64,000 nt of DNA from Mustelus asterias (GCF_964213995.1 NC_135804.1:69440001-69504000), one strand, 5' to 3'. Shown: positions 1 through 12,748, counted from the first letter of the stretch. Program-made: numbers and translations. Notes: a model not told the origin generated them from the letters alone.

Positions 1-604
1 AAACAATCTGCAGCTGTAAAAATGATGACTTGAAAAGTCGCTGAAGACGCTTTTTCAATTTCAGTTCTGGCCGCTTATCAACATTTACAAATAATGCTTT
101 CCTTGTAACGATCTTCGTTTCTTTTTTTCGCTGGTCCGCGTCCTACGGGAATAGCACTTATTCCCTCATTTCAAACTGAGTTATTTACGATTGTTATTGC
201 GTTTTACTGATCTGCTAATCGTTATGATGATGCAACATATTTCGGAAGGTGCTGACTTATCAACGTGAAGCTGTGACAGTCACGCACAGAGCACTTTCGA
301 AAATTGTGCAATTTGCTTTTGAGAAAAGGTAAATGTAAGGAAGCCTTTATCAGAAGCAGAAGTGAAAAAAACAAATAAACCGATCATCACGCAATTCTGT
401 CCGTCAATAATTCTATATTTTCGGCGATAATTCATTGTCGTGAATGTTAACTTAAACTTATTCTAAACCAGACCAAAGAAACCATTGATAATATTATACA
501 AGAGATAGAATAGTGTGATGCGCAGTAAGAAAAACAGATTATGTTAATTGTTCCAGGAACGTACATTTTACAATTTCACCAAGTATGGCAGGTGAGAACC
601 TATG

Positions 605-2272
605 ACAGGTGAGAATCTAGAAACTATCATTATCACGAAAGACGTAGTGTCGGGCAAGTAAATGGTGCTAAAGCTAGACAAGTCTCCTGGTCCTGATGGA
701 ATGCATCCCAGGGTATGAAACGAGATGGCGGGAGAAATAGCAATTGCACTCGTGGTAATTTACCAAAATTCGCTGGACTCTGGGGTGGTTCCCGCAGATT
801 GGAAAACAGCAAATGTGACACCATTGTTTACAAAAAGGAGGTAGACAAAAGCAGGTAACTATAGGCTGATTAGCTTAACTTCTGTAGTAGGGAAAATGCT
901 TGAACTATCATCAAGGAAGAAATAGCGAGTCATCTGAATATAAATTGTCCCATTGGTAAGACGCAGCATGGGTTCATGAAGGAAAGGTCATGTTTGATTA
1001 ATTTGGTGGAATTCTTTGATAACATTACATGTGCAGTGGACAATGGAGAACCTGTGGATGTGGGGAATCTGGATTTCCAGAAGGCATTTGACAAGGTGCT
1101 GCACCAAAGACTGCTACAGAAGATAAAGGTGCATGGTGTTACGGGTAATGTATTAGCATGGATAGAGGATTGGTTAACTGACAGAAGGCAAAGACTGGTG
1201 GGAAATGGGTGTTTTTCTGGTTGGCGATCAATGACTAGTGGTGTGCCACAGGGATCAGTGTTGGGACCGCAATTGTTTATGATTTACACAGGTGATTTGG
1301 AGTTGGGGACCAAGTATAGTGTGTCAAAATTCGCAGATGACACTAAGATGGGTGAAGGGCAAAGTGTGTAGAGGGCGCTGAAAGTCTGCAAAGGAATATA
1401 TTTAGTCTAACTGAGTGGGGGAGGGTCTGGCAGATGGAGTACAATGTTGGTGAATGTGAGGTCATCTATTTTGGTAGGAATAACAGCACAATGGACTATT
1501 ATTTAAATGGTAAACAAATTGCAGCATGCTGCTGTGCAGAAAGACCTGGGTGTCCTTGTGCAGGAATCTCAAGAAATTGGTTTGCAGGTGTAGCAGGTAA
1601 TTAAGAAGGCAAATTGAATTTTGTCCGTCATTGCTAGATGGATGGAGTTTAAAAACAGCGAGGTTATGTTGCAGCTGTAGAAGGTGCTGGTGAGGCCACA
1701 CCTGGAGTACTGTGTACAGTTCTGGTCGTCTCCTTACTTGAAAAAGGATATACTGGCACTGGAACGGGTGCAGAGGAGATTCACTCGGTTGATTCTGGAG
1801 TCGAGAGGGTTGGCTTATGAGCAGAGACTGAGTAGACTGGGGCTATCCTCATTTGAATTCAGAAGAATGAGGGGAGATCTTATAGAAACATAAGATTATG
1901 AAGGGAATAGATAAGATAGAAGCAGGGAAGTTGTTTCTACTGGCGGGTAAAAGTAGAGCTCGGGGCCACCCCTCAAAATAAGGGGAAGCAAATTTAGGAC
2001 TGAGTTGAGGAAGAACTTCTTCACACAAAGGGTTGTGAATCTGTAGAATTCCCTGCCCAGTGAAGCAGTTGAGTCTACCTCATTGAATGTTTTTAAGGCA
2101 AGGAAAAATGAATGTTTGAACAGTAAAGGAATTAAGGGTTATGGTGAGCGGGCAGGTAAGTGGAGCTGAGTCCACAAAAAGATCAGCCATGATCTTATTG
2201 AATGGCGAAGCAGGCTTGAGTGGCCAGATGGCCTACTCCTGCTCCTAGTTCTATGTTCTTATGTCCTTATGT
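605..2272 (+). mobile_element. CR1 LINE, 5'-truncated and degenerate (RT half of ORF2 plus 3'UTR)
   Basis: ORF fragments [29 protein letters not shown] and [13 protein letters not shown]; several stops; (ttcttatg)-type tail at about 2250-2272. Confidence 0.93.
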
Positions 2273-2892
2273 AAGCATTGTCACATTCAATGTATCTCGG
2301 AAAATTGGTTACCATTCCGATCAGTCTTTGTATCCAAAATGCGATTTTATTAAACGGATTATCTATATAGTCGACCTCTTGAGTGCAATTTAAAGAGAAG
2401 TTATTGAATAGCATTCAATTCTCTCAAGTAATATACTGTGGCACTGCAGTATATTAATATGCAATAATAATATGCTCTTATAATATGTCGCAATTCCAAC
2501 GTTGACTGAATATGTAAATAATCACATGTTTGCTCACCAAGCTTCAGAAGATCATCATCGCAATTCTATTATTGGCAACTACTGACAGGATGTAACCACA
2601 TCATTTGCCTACTAATCTATTCAGGTCTAAAAATTAAAACGTTGTAGGTATATTTAAGCCTAATAGATTTAGAAAATAAAAAACAACGATAATCTTCTAT
2701 TCTAAAATCAAGCTTTATATCCAGCTAGAATAAAGAAGTACATTACTTGTGCCTAAATTAAAGCCTCTTCGATATTTGACACATATCTCTCGCCATATTT
2801 GCCTTTTTCTTAATTAAATTGCCTCGGACATTTGGGTTTACAGTAGCGTTTGTGTTTTTTTTACTCTGGTAGCTGTGTCAGCACTTTTAATG

Positions 2893-3960
2893 TCAATCCG
2901 CTGAAGTAAATAACTGTGTGTATACGATACACAGAACGGAAAAAAACCCGTCAACACAATACAAAGTGCTCGTAGCATTCTTACCGAAATAAACATGCAT
3001 TAAAGCATTCTTCATTGAAATCGTTATTTTACTTCTCCACTGTTCCATGGGAAACTGTTTATTTTCAAAAGTCTCTGCGCAAATTATGTAACATCCCTTC
3101 TGTGGACTTGGACAGCCTTGTACAGACACATTAACGTTTACGATCAATGCCAAGATCAACATGAACATTATTGCAATCCCTTGTGGGATTGATGTTCCCA
3201 CAGCACCCAGCCATCCTAATAGCCATGCACCCATGGTAAACAATGACGGTTGTTTACGTTTCTGCGCCTCTGTCCTGCTGTGAGCAGCGAGAATAGTTAT
3301 GTTTTCTGTACTATCTGGTATGTAGATGCAACACTCTGAAACAATCACTGCACATGTCCCACCTCTCTCTGACAAAACATAATCCAATTCCAATCGATGC
3401 TGAAACACCATATTACGCATGACAACCATCTCATTGTTTATTGCAATTAGGACAGTAGCTGTGTCATTGGCTACTTGTTCCAAAATGGAGCATAATATAA
3501 AAAATTGCCTTAGCCACTCCACAGCTAGGAAACAGTACGCCAAAGAATCGTTCTCTTTATGAAATTGCCCGTCGATGTCTTGGCAAGGAAATACTTTTCT
3601 GAGTGTGCTATACGTATGGGAGCACACATCCAAGTTAACACGACCCCTTCCCTCGGATAGGGAACCAAGGATATGCTCTAGTTCCACAGATCGAATAAGT
3701 ACCATTGGATGTTTGGGTAAGTATTGCCTCCTTTAATCTAATCGGATATGATATATGACTGGTCCCTTTTGGGTGAACTCTGGTAGACCCGACTGTTTTG
3801 ACCCACATTGTAGTTGCATTAACTTACACCTAAATTCTTCCCGGGGCCTTTCAAATTCTCCACACAGTAAGTCCCCTTTGGTTTCGGTTTTGACTGTTTC
3901 AAAATCAGATTAGGAACTGACTTCTTTAGCTAATGGACAGGTGTGCACCATCTCAAATAG
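2893..3960 (-). pseudogene. env: Endogenous retrovirus env remnant (gamma/epsilon-type TM subunit and part of SU)
   Basis: Heptad region, immunosuppressive-domain-like QHRLELDYVLSERGG, CX6CC motif (CAVIVSECC, 3328-3354) and a hydrophobic anchor. The furin site RHRR (3569-3580) and fusion-peptide-like FFGVLFPSCGVA are in a shifted frame with a stop. Confidence 0.85.
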
Positions 3961-5459
3961 CCAATCTTCCCTGCACAGCCCATACTGCTATCGAAATTTC
4001 TCCACATAAAGGTCCTGAACAGTATTAAATAAGATGGCATATATTTAACATAAGAGACATCTACTCTTTTAGTTGATTGGATTACCTACCTCGGTTTCAA
4101 AGTGGATGAATAGGGGTTGCATACCCTCGAATACTAGGCGAAAACTATTAAGACAGCACGTGCGTCGAAGATCGCGATAGAATTGATCTCCTTCCAGGAA
4201 ATGCTCAACTCACATTGAAGGCCCCTGCCGAATGGATCAATAACTATGGCCACGCACACCAGCTTTTAAAATAACATGAACGCTGGAAGTGGGGAGGCAT
4301 GCAGACAAAGGGCTTCAACCCAAGTAAAACAGGCTTCGCAATCAACGGCATGCTCATTCACTTGCACCCGAGCAAACAATTAGTAGTCATTTGTGTGCGT
4401 CACTGTACGGAATTGGAGAAGTGCTATTCCATAGAATTACAGATGGGGTGGAGAGATCACATGTGTTTGCTTGGAGAACGTCGTCAAATGCTGAGAAAAG
4501 ATAGTTACAATTCAACAGAAAAAGCCTAGCAAGCATTTACGATTTGAAGGAATTTTACCAGTGCATCTATAGGCCCCACTCCGGTCAGAGCAAAAGCCAT
4601 TGCTGGGGCTTTTCCTTGAGATATGCCAATGCCTCCTATTGCCTCGGCTAAAGTGCAAAGAGGTGTCTTGCTTCTGACAGCAGACAACTGTACATTCCTG
4701 CATCGGGCGGGAACACAAATCCCTAATACAGTTGTGCTTTGTCACCTCCCACTGCCATATGCCGCCCGGTGACCACTTGTGCCAAAGAAGATAGTGTTGG
4801 TTTTCACAATGTGGAGACCCTGCCTGTCTCAGAAGCCCACATTATGTAATGGACACAAAGCGAGCCATTGCTATTGCAGGTCAGAAAATGGTGCAGTTAG
4901 GCTGGCACTTCGACAAGGCAGAGCAAATGAAGACGTTTATGATGCAGGAATAACATAACGCGCAAAGATGGGAGTGCCATTGTGGAGAGGGTGGAGGAGT
5001 TGGGGGCATTCCTTTGCATCACCCCAGGAGCGATGGCCAGTGCTCCAAGCTGATGCATATCTTGGCCACACATGAGTGGAAATGTTGGCCGGAAAATACA
5101 TCTGGAAGCCTGACATGAAAGAGAAATTGAACATAATTGCGTTTTTGGAAACGTTTCAGACAAAACAAAGGCTCCAATATTGAAACTGAACCCGTGGGAA
5201 TGGACATGCCGTCCGTGGTTGAGCTTCATATAGATTTTGCTGGGCCCTTAATGTGGGAGGGAGATGGGGCGGCGGCTGTCGGGTATCGTACACAATGTCT
5301 GCCTGTTCAGGGACTCCCGACACTGGCAAAACGATGCAACTCTGCCAGCGGCCCTTCAGCAATCGAAGGTACTTGATCCGCAGAAGAAGCGAATGAATTA
5401 GCTGCCCCTCATACTCGGCCATTGCAGGCCCCTCCTTGAGACTCGTCCACAGAATTCGG

Positions 5460-5725
5460 AGGTTACCTTGGTCCAAATGTGGGCATTGAATGTCTCAAGT
5501 TCACAAGCTGGTTTGAATGAAGCCGAAACTGGACCCAGTTGCCTTCCGGAGCTGCATCCACCCTCTTACACAAATGACCGACATGCTTCTTCACTCGAAG
5601 GCCCTGTGCCTCTTGGATATAAGAAACCGGCCCTGACTTCTCCATAAGTCTTCTTGGCAAACAGGATATTCCGGCACCAAATATCCTTTCCAAAACGAGT
5701 TTGGTAATACTAAATTGTGGCACAT
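5460..5725 (-). mobile_element. Inverted Gypsy integrase C-terminal fragment nested in the same pol remnant
   Basis: Minus-strand ORF has GPVSY..EAQGLRVKKHVGHLCKRV; the same stretch occurs on the + strand at about 6690-6750. Confidence 0.65.
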
Positions 5726-5944
5726 GTTCTTAATCCTTGTAGATGTCCACTCCAAGTGGTTGTAGTGTCAGCTCATGTGATCCACCATCACTAAATCTAC
5801 TGCTGATAAACTGAGTTGAATCTTCACTATCCATGGTCATCCTCAAGTGTTGGTAACAGAACATCGAACGGGATTTATGGCTGACAAACTTCCGACTTTC
5901 GTGAAGCATAATGACATCGGTTGTGTCAGGGCGGTCCTCGACAA

Positions 5945-6295
5945 TCATAGAATCATAGAATCATAGAAACCCTACAGTGCAGAAGGAGGCCATTCGGCCC
6001 ATCGAGTCTGCACCGACCACAATCCCACCCAGGCCCTACCCCCACATATTTTACCCGCTAATCCCACTAACCTACACATCCCAGGACTCTAAGGGGCAAT
6101 TTGTTAAACCTGGCTAATCAACCTAACCCGCACATCTTTGGACTGTGGGAGGAAACCGGAGCACCCGGAGGAAACCCACGCAGACACGAGGAGAATGTGC
6201 AAACTCCACACAGACAGTGACCCGAGCCGGGAATCGAACCCGGGAACCTGGAGCTGTGAAGCAGCAGTGCTAACCACTGTGCTACCGTGCCGCCC
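5945..6295 (-). mobile_element. tRNA-derived V-SINE (HE1-like), full length
   Basis: Pol III A box (tagcacagtgg) and B box (ggttcgattcc), V-domain core, CR1-like 3' end with (ttctatga)n tail; interrupts the Gypsy integrase. Confidence 0.9.
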
Positions 6296-6762
6296 AATGC
6301 TGCCTGAAATCGGTTGGAGGAGAGAGCCGTGAAGATATGAATCGTTTCTATTAAGAAGCAGGCTTATAGACTGTTGCTATTTGGATTTTCAAGCATTTGC
6401 TGCCCTGCAGCACTCCACTTCATTTCACCACTGGGGTCACGTTTGCAGGACTGCTAATGGGTCAGTGGCTGCGTACTTGCTTAGACATAATGTTCGCCAA
6501 CTGTCGAGAAGGGAAGAGGTTAAGCAAGCCTCTCAGAAAGAGTACCATGACTCTCAGAAAGAGTACCATGACTCTCAGGAAGAGGACAGTCCTTTAGTGT
6601 TGATGACCTCGTTTTGAAAAGGAGTTTTGGTCGCGGAACTTCCTGCGTGTCAAGAAGAGTCGTAGAGAAGACAAGTCGGTTTTGAATGTTCTAGAGGCAC
6701 AGGGCCTTCGAGTGAAGAAGCATGTCGGCCACCTGTGTAAGAGAGTGGAGCATTCTTTCGAT

Positions 6763-6863
6763 GCCTTCTCTATGAAAGGTACGTGTTGTCTGTATAGCGC
6801 GCAAGAAACAATACTTTTCACTGTATGTTCATACATGAGACAATAATAAATCAAATCAAATCA
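6763..6863 (+). mobile_element. 3' tail fragment of a Rex1/Babar-like LINE
   Basis: Same 3'UTR and (aaatc)n tail as the RT-bearing copy at 28645-31503 and the copy at 20080-20462. Confidence 0.65.
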
Positions 6864-7117
6864 AGTGGGCCCAGTATTGGATTGTACATGGATCGAGGTC
6901 CAGGAGCGAAATGGTCCGCGTGGTACCTGTTGAATCTTGAAATTGTGGTTTCTTCAACTGTTTTAGCAGATTTAAACAAAATAATGGCAACATGCTCTTG
7001 ACACATCGACCGGATGTTACACTTCATTGTGATTATTGAATACGTAGGCAACTTCGCGTTGTTGTAAACCAAAAGGCAGTTCAGACTCTGTTGCTGTGGC
7101 TCATCGACTGGTTAAGA

Positions 7118-7166
7118 ATGTTGTCAAGTGTGGTGTGCTTCTCTGTTCTGGCGCTCATTTTCACAG
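7118..7166 (+). pseudogene. Probable signal-peptide exon of the Ig-superfamily gene
   Basis: ATG-initiated hydrophobic MLSSVVCFSVLALIFT ending at a weak phase-1 donor (G|GTTCCA), 163 bp upstream of the V exon. Confidence 0.5.
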
Positions 7167-7329
7167 GTTCCAGTTCATTTTCGATGCGGGTTGCTTATTA
7201 AATCGCGCAATTACCAAGCTGTTATTTAATTCATCATGTTTTCTTGTACGGGGACAAATTAAGTAACTCACTAAACCCCGCGCTTTTTATCGCACTATTG
7301 CTCCGGACGAATTCGGTTTTGATTTTCAG

Positions 7330-7653
7330 TAGGCTCTGGTCAATCTGTGGTGAAAGTAACTCAGCTACCTGCGAACGTGAGCAAAAACAAGGGTACAAAT
7401 GTCTCCTTTCATTGCTCGCTGCCTTTCTTTCAAGACGGTCCGGCTGTGAGTATACAATAGTGGAAACACGGTGACAACCAATATATACGTACAAAAGAAA
7501 ATGGCCGAAAAGTAACTGGATTCAAGACAACATTCAGTGGTTTCCTTCAGATCAACAATGTGATCGTGCAAGACGCAGGGGTATGCTATTGCACTGTCAC
7601 TCATCGAGACAGTATTGCTGGTAATGGGACGGGCTCCAATTTATCTGTACGAG
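7330..7653 (+). pseudogene. Ig V-set exon with germline-joined J-like segment (SIRP-like receptor), one in-frame stop
   Basis: Acceptor ttttcag| and donor G|GTAGGT, 324 bp, phase 1-1. Reads VKVTQLP..NVSFHC..IQ*WK..GFLQINNVIVQDAGVCYC..IAGNGTGSNLSVR, with TAG at 7458-7460. Not shown in the ORF track. Confidence 0.88.
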
Positions 7654-8291
7654 GTAGGTTTGGATGAAATGAGATTGAGATCCACAATGAATAATTCGCA
7701 CGTCAAAGCATGTCTCGATTGTGCGTCGAATATTTTAGAATGGATCCTAGCAGGAGGCTTTGTTACGGTTTATTGGGATTTGGATGTCTCTAGCTAGGGC
7801 AAAATGTATTCGTTCATTCCCAATCCCCTTGTGCTCGGTTTTTTATAAAGATAGTTAAGATTAAAACACATTGCACTGGGCCTTCGTTCTCATATAGGCC
7901 AGAACAAGCAACGATGAAAGCAGAACCACCGGTTCAGCCACATACGCAGTTTCTGATTGTTTCATATGTATATATTCACATTGCAATAATTATGACAATT
8001 GTTTCCTCTAAGTGAAATTACAGTTTTCTATCCAGCAGCAAAAAAAAAACACATGGACTCCGTATGCAGTTCATTTACTACTGTCATTCATGCGCTGATA
8101 ATTTGAATTTAGCGTCGCTATTGCCATTGCTTTCATAGATCTATTTCTTATGATAAATGCACTGCACAGTCGAGATCCATGCTCAGCACATCTGCAAAGC
8201 AGTACAGTGTTTTCGAAAAAAGACCGAAACAGCAGAGGGACTGTTAAACTTTTTCGAAGTAAAGCATTATCTCTTACCTTTTATTTCATAG

Positions 8292-8603
8292 TTCCACCAA
8301 CTCCGCTGAAAATTAACTCTCAGTATCCTGAAAATGAATCATCCGCGCCTCCTGCTATTCTATGCTCAACGTCTCCATTTTACCCGAAGAATATCAATTT
8401 CACTTGGTACAAGGATGGCACTAAAGCTAGAGGAATGGTAAAGACCATAATTGAATCCAAGACTGATGGACTATATGAAGTTTCTAGTCGTTTGCAAGAG
8501 ACGCAGTCTATCGAGTTAGGAACGATGGACACCTGTCTGGTGACCCACAGCACCCTTCAAAGTTCAGCGTCCGTCACTCACATTGTCACCAATCCCAATA
8601 GAG
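8292..8603 (+). pseudogene. Ig C1-set exon, frame open
   Basis: Acceptor tttcatag| and donor G|GTAAGC, 312 bp, phase 1-1. C1 motifs ILCSTSPFYPKNINFTWYKDG, DGLYEVSSRL and TCLVTHSTL; the usual YxC reads DTC. Confidence 0.9.
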
Positions 8604-8789
8604 GTAAGCATTCTGATAGAGGAATATAATTTCAGAGCACATGCAATCTGGCATATCAATGCCGGTTCTTTGGAGAAAAAAAATGCGTCATTTGGTCCCA
8701 CGCCACAGATTTGCTTTAAATTAGTTTGCTTCAAACGTATCCTCAAATGTCTTTTGTGAAAAGTTATAAGTTCATTGTTTTTTTTAAAA

Positions 8790-9497
8790 TGTGCATGAGA
8801 CGCAAAAACCCAGTCTGCAGGTGCAATAGGTGATCAAGAAGGCAAATGGGATGTTGGCCTATATCGCAAGGGGGATAGAATATAAAAGTAGAGATGTTTT
8901 GCTGCATCTGTACAGGGCATTGGTGAGGCCGCAGCTGGAATACTGTGTGCAGTATTGGACCCCTTATTTGCGGAAGGATATATTGGCCTTGGAGGGAGTG
9001 CAGAGAAGGTTCACCAGGTTGATACCAGAGATGAGGGGTGTTGATTATGAGGAGAGACTGAGCAGATTGGGTTTGTATTCGTTGGAATTTAGAAGGCTGA
9101 GGGGGGATCTTATAGAGACCTATAAGATAATGAAGGGGCTGGATAGGGTAGAGATGGAGAGATTCTTTCCACTTAGAAAGGAAACTAGAACTAGAGGGCA
9201 CAGCCTCAAAATAAAAGGGGATCAGTTCAGGACAGAGTTGAGGAGGAACTTCTTCTCTCAGAGGGTGGTGAATCTCTGGAATTCTCTGCCCACTGAAGTG
9301 GTGGAGGCTACCTCGTTGAATATGTTTAAATCACGGATAGATGGATTCCTGATCGGTAAGGGAATTAGGGGTTATAGGGATCAGGCGGGTAAGTGGAACT
9401 GATCCACTTCAGATCAGCCATGATCTTATTGAATGGCGGAGCAGGCTCGAGGGGCTAGATGGCCTACTCCTGCTCCTATTTCTTATGTTCTTATTGT
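8790..9497 (+). mobile_element. Young CR1 LINE 3' fragment
   Basis: Uninterrupted 190-aa ORF2 C-terminus (8830-9402), then 3'UTR and (ttcttatg) tail. Confidence 0.93.
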
Positions 9498-10492
9498 TCC
9501 TAAAATTTCCTGCATCTTCCGAACAATCCATGGAAAAGCGTTCTTCTCAAATTCAATTTATTTTAGACAAAAAAAATCTACTTGACTGCGGCTTATATAT
9601 GCAATTTAAAAAGTATACGTGTATTTGCTCTCCATCGAAATTAGTCGTAACTCCGATTCATTCTTTCAAGTTGCATTTACGCTTCCCTGATGTAATGGGA
9701 AAATCATAGTGTCTCATATCTCTCAAAGTAACTAGAGAGGTTGAGCCCTTCCAAAGTCCTGGTCATTCTTGTCCTATACTGCCTGAGGTGAACTGGCGAT
9801 TATTGTGTTTAATTGTTCAGCGAAGAACTAAGTAATCTCTGACGTTTGGCATAATATTTTGCGTTTTCTGATTTAATAAAGTCACTATTTGTAAAATTCA
9901 ATTAATCCCAGAATCATCCCTAAGAAACTTACGGTCTTGTTTGCCACGCCCAAAGACTCTGTATGTGGAGCCTTACATTTTATTGCTTTTGGCTGAAAAT
10001 AATCCCTTTTTGGCTATAGGTGCACTTCATTATTTTCTCCCCAAAAATCCAATTTTCATTATTACTCGTATTACATTGCACCTATATCTCGTCTGTTCAT
10101 GTTGGCAGTCTTGTTGTACTATTGTGAAGTTTGCTATTGTTGTGCACGCTGCATACCAACATTAATATAATTTCTATGATCCACTAACTTCGAAATTGTA
10201 CTCGATATTTCCCAGTCTGTGTCATTGAGTTTTTCATATCAAGCATTGTGTCTCTCAATTATGGCGGCTGAAGATTGGGGTCCTGACACAAAAGATGGTC
10301 TTTATAAATAGCTGCTCAGTTTGCAGTTACCAATAGCCCAAAAACAAAAATTCTCACACACGCAACCTCTCCCCCTCACTGCCCCCACCCCGCCCAGAGG
10401 AAACATTAAATCAGGTCTTGATTTAGATAAATTGCAATGTAAATTTGCCAACTATACCTCCTCTCCAAGCACCGTTTTCCGTAGTCTCATAC

Positions 10493-10550
10493 TTCCTCCA
10501 TCTCCACTGAAAATTAGCTCTCTGCAAACTGTCACTGATTCATCTCTCTA
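10493..10550 (+). pseudogene. Truncated remnant of a second C1 exon with a dead acceptor
   Basis: tcatac|ttcctccatctccactgaaaattagctctc aligns with tcatag|ttccaccaactccgctgaaaattaactctc at 8292 (PPSPLKISS vs PPTPLKINS). AG is changed to AC and similarity is lost before a C-rich tract. Confidence 0.6.
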
Positions 10551-12748
10551 TATTGCTGTTATTTTCGAGGAATCTCCCTCCCCCCCAATCCGCCCCCCCC
10601 CCCTCCCCCGACACACACGCCATTCCCCACCCCAACTCTCCCCACCCCCCACCCCGGCCAATCCCCGAAGAATGTCAGATACCATTTGAATAAGAATGTC
10701 TCCAAAATTACAGTAGATATAAATAACATTGCTCAACTAATAACCAATGGGTCATAGGGAACTTGGTTTTGCAATGTTCCCACCGTATCAATTTTGTGCT
10801 TGCTTATGGCTTTCTGGAAAATTATATTATCCTCCATATTTCAGCCACGGTCCTCACATTGTCACGTATATGGATGAAAACAAAATCTTGCCGGTGCTGG
10901 AAATATGAAATGAAAAGCACTAAATGCAGTATAAATTCATTGGGTCTGGCCAGGATCAGTGGAAAGATGCAGAGTTAGCGTCTCGGGTCTAAAAATCCCT
11001 TCTGCAGAATAGTTTTGTAGGATGCTGAGTTTATCCAGCATTTTCCATTTTCATGTCACTTATCCTTACATCCGTAATGCACTTTGAATGAATTGTAGAA
11101 ATATTAAGCATGCTCAATCCGTATAACCATTGTGCTTTTATGAAAGAGGAGTCTAATTTATTTTCTCAGGGCAGCTTGTTCCTATTCATTCTGCAAATGT
11201 AAACTCTTAAGACATGTCTTTACTGGAAATGTATACATCAACTGCTATTATCATTCTTTCAGGTGGATTTTGCCCACCGTCCACGACAGCATGGTTTTTC
11301 TCCTTTACTTTGTATTTGTTGACCATTTATTTTTGCTATATGACATTGGTTTACCTATCCGCTATCCGTGCAGGTTGTTGCACCACACTCCCGCCATTGG
11401 ACGTCTGCCTGTGTCTGTTATTAAATTTAACAGCCTCCTGATCTTATTTGCTCTAATTGCAAAAGCGGTGCTTCTCCAAACTCATCAAATCACTGCAGTC
11501 ACACATTTCCCTAAATCTCTGCTCTGCAACTCCGTCTGCTCTCATCCCTGCTAAACGTTGATGCCGATAATGGTACATATCAGCGCAGCAGAATAACAAC
11601 GCGTGATTTGTCAGCGCTTAACACGATTTCTTGTTTTTCTATTTATCATCATCTACAGTCTAGAAATCTCTGAGACATCCAAAAGCACCTTAAAGTCTTG
11701 CCAACAAAAGCTCTGGAAAATTCTCCCTCCGTTTATGGTGTGTGTTACCATTCCTGCGTTTGATTTGTGTTATCCTGCAGTCCGCAACTCTCCCTACCTT
11801 TGAGAACAAGTTAGCATCCCCAAAATTGAATCAGCAAAATTCCGACTTTCAAGTAAAACATTCATCATCATGCTGATGCCTTGGGGGTTCCAGTGCAGAG
11901 CACTCTCGTGTCGCATATAAAAACAATGGTGCTTCACCAATTTCTATCAGCCATGAATTAGCTGCTGATGTGAAAACGGAAATTCTTCGTCAGAATTTCA
12001 TCATGTGAGAAGAGGGTTTGCGCTGCTGTCAGACTATTAACGAGACGAGAGACCACGATTCACCGATACTGAAAGTAATGTCCTTGTATGGCGTCTCATG
12101 GGTATCGTCCACTTTCTTAAAATCAACTGTCATTCTCCTCACACTGACACATTTCAACTCTGCAAAAGGACGTTGTGGTTGGAGTATGCAGTAAAGTCAT
12201 TGCTAAATGGTAGAAGCCCATCTAGACCAAGATCGTGGAATTTTCTGTTTCCAGTTCTGTCGTTCCATTTCCCGGAATAACTTTCGAAAACACTGGTCCT
12301 TCATGGCCAATATTTTATCTGCATCAAATTACTTGTCATGGGAAAGAGCCCTGTTCCCTTGTCCATTGAAAATAACATTTGCTTGGAGAAGTTGCATCTG
12401 TTTGCTCCACAGCTGCAGTCCTCAATCAATACTTCCTCTTTAAATATTCTCGAATGCCATGAACAGTAGCTGTAATGTATTTCTATTCTATGGTTCATGA
12501 TTCCTTAGTCGACTTTTCTTCGGTCCAAGAAAGATCGACCATAGCTATTCAATGTTGACATTTATTTTCTTATGCTTATTACCTCGTGCAAAATAAAAGT
12601 GTTTCGGATTGGGGACAGTAGATTGAGATGAATAGAAAACTGGCTGGCGCACAGGAAACAAAGAGTTAGAATAAGCTGGTCTTTTTCCGAAAGTAAGAAG
12701 TTTAACAACACCAGGTTAAAGTCCAACAGGTTTATTTGTTAGTAAAAG

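Larger units (their letters stand above)
4400..6750 (+). mobile_element. Ty3/Gypsy LTR-retrotransposon pol remnant (RNase H to integrase), heavily decayed
   Basis: Decayed motifs in the expected order: RNase H end (KPLLGLF near 4600), integrase LHIDFAGP (about 5225), DVHSKWL..IFTIHGHPQVLV (5741-5860) and STPLHFTTGVTFAGLLMG..LRTCLD (6410-6490). Confidence 0.75.

Noticed and set aside
6530-6580. 21-bp tandem duplication (ctctcagaaagagtaccatga) as a CRISPR-like repeat
   Set aside because: Only about 2.3 contiguous copies without spacers, inside a dead Gypsy element.
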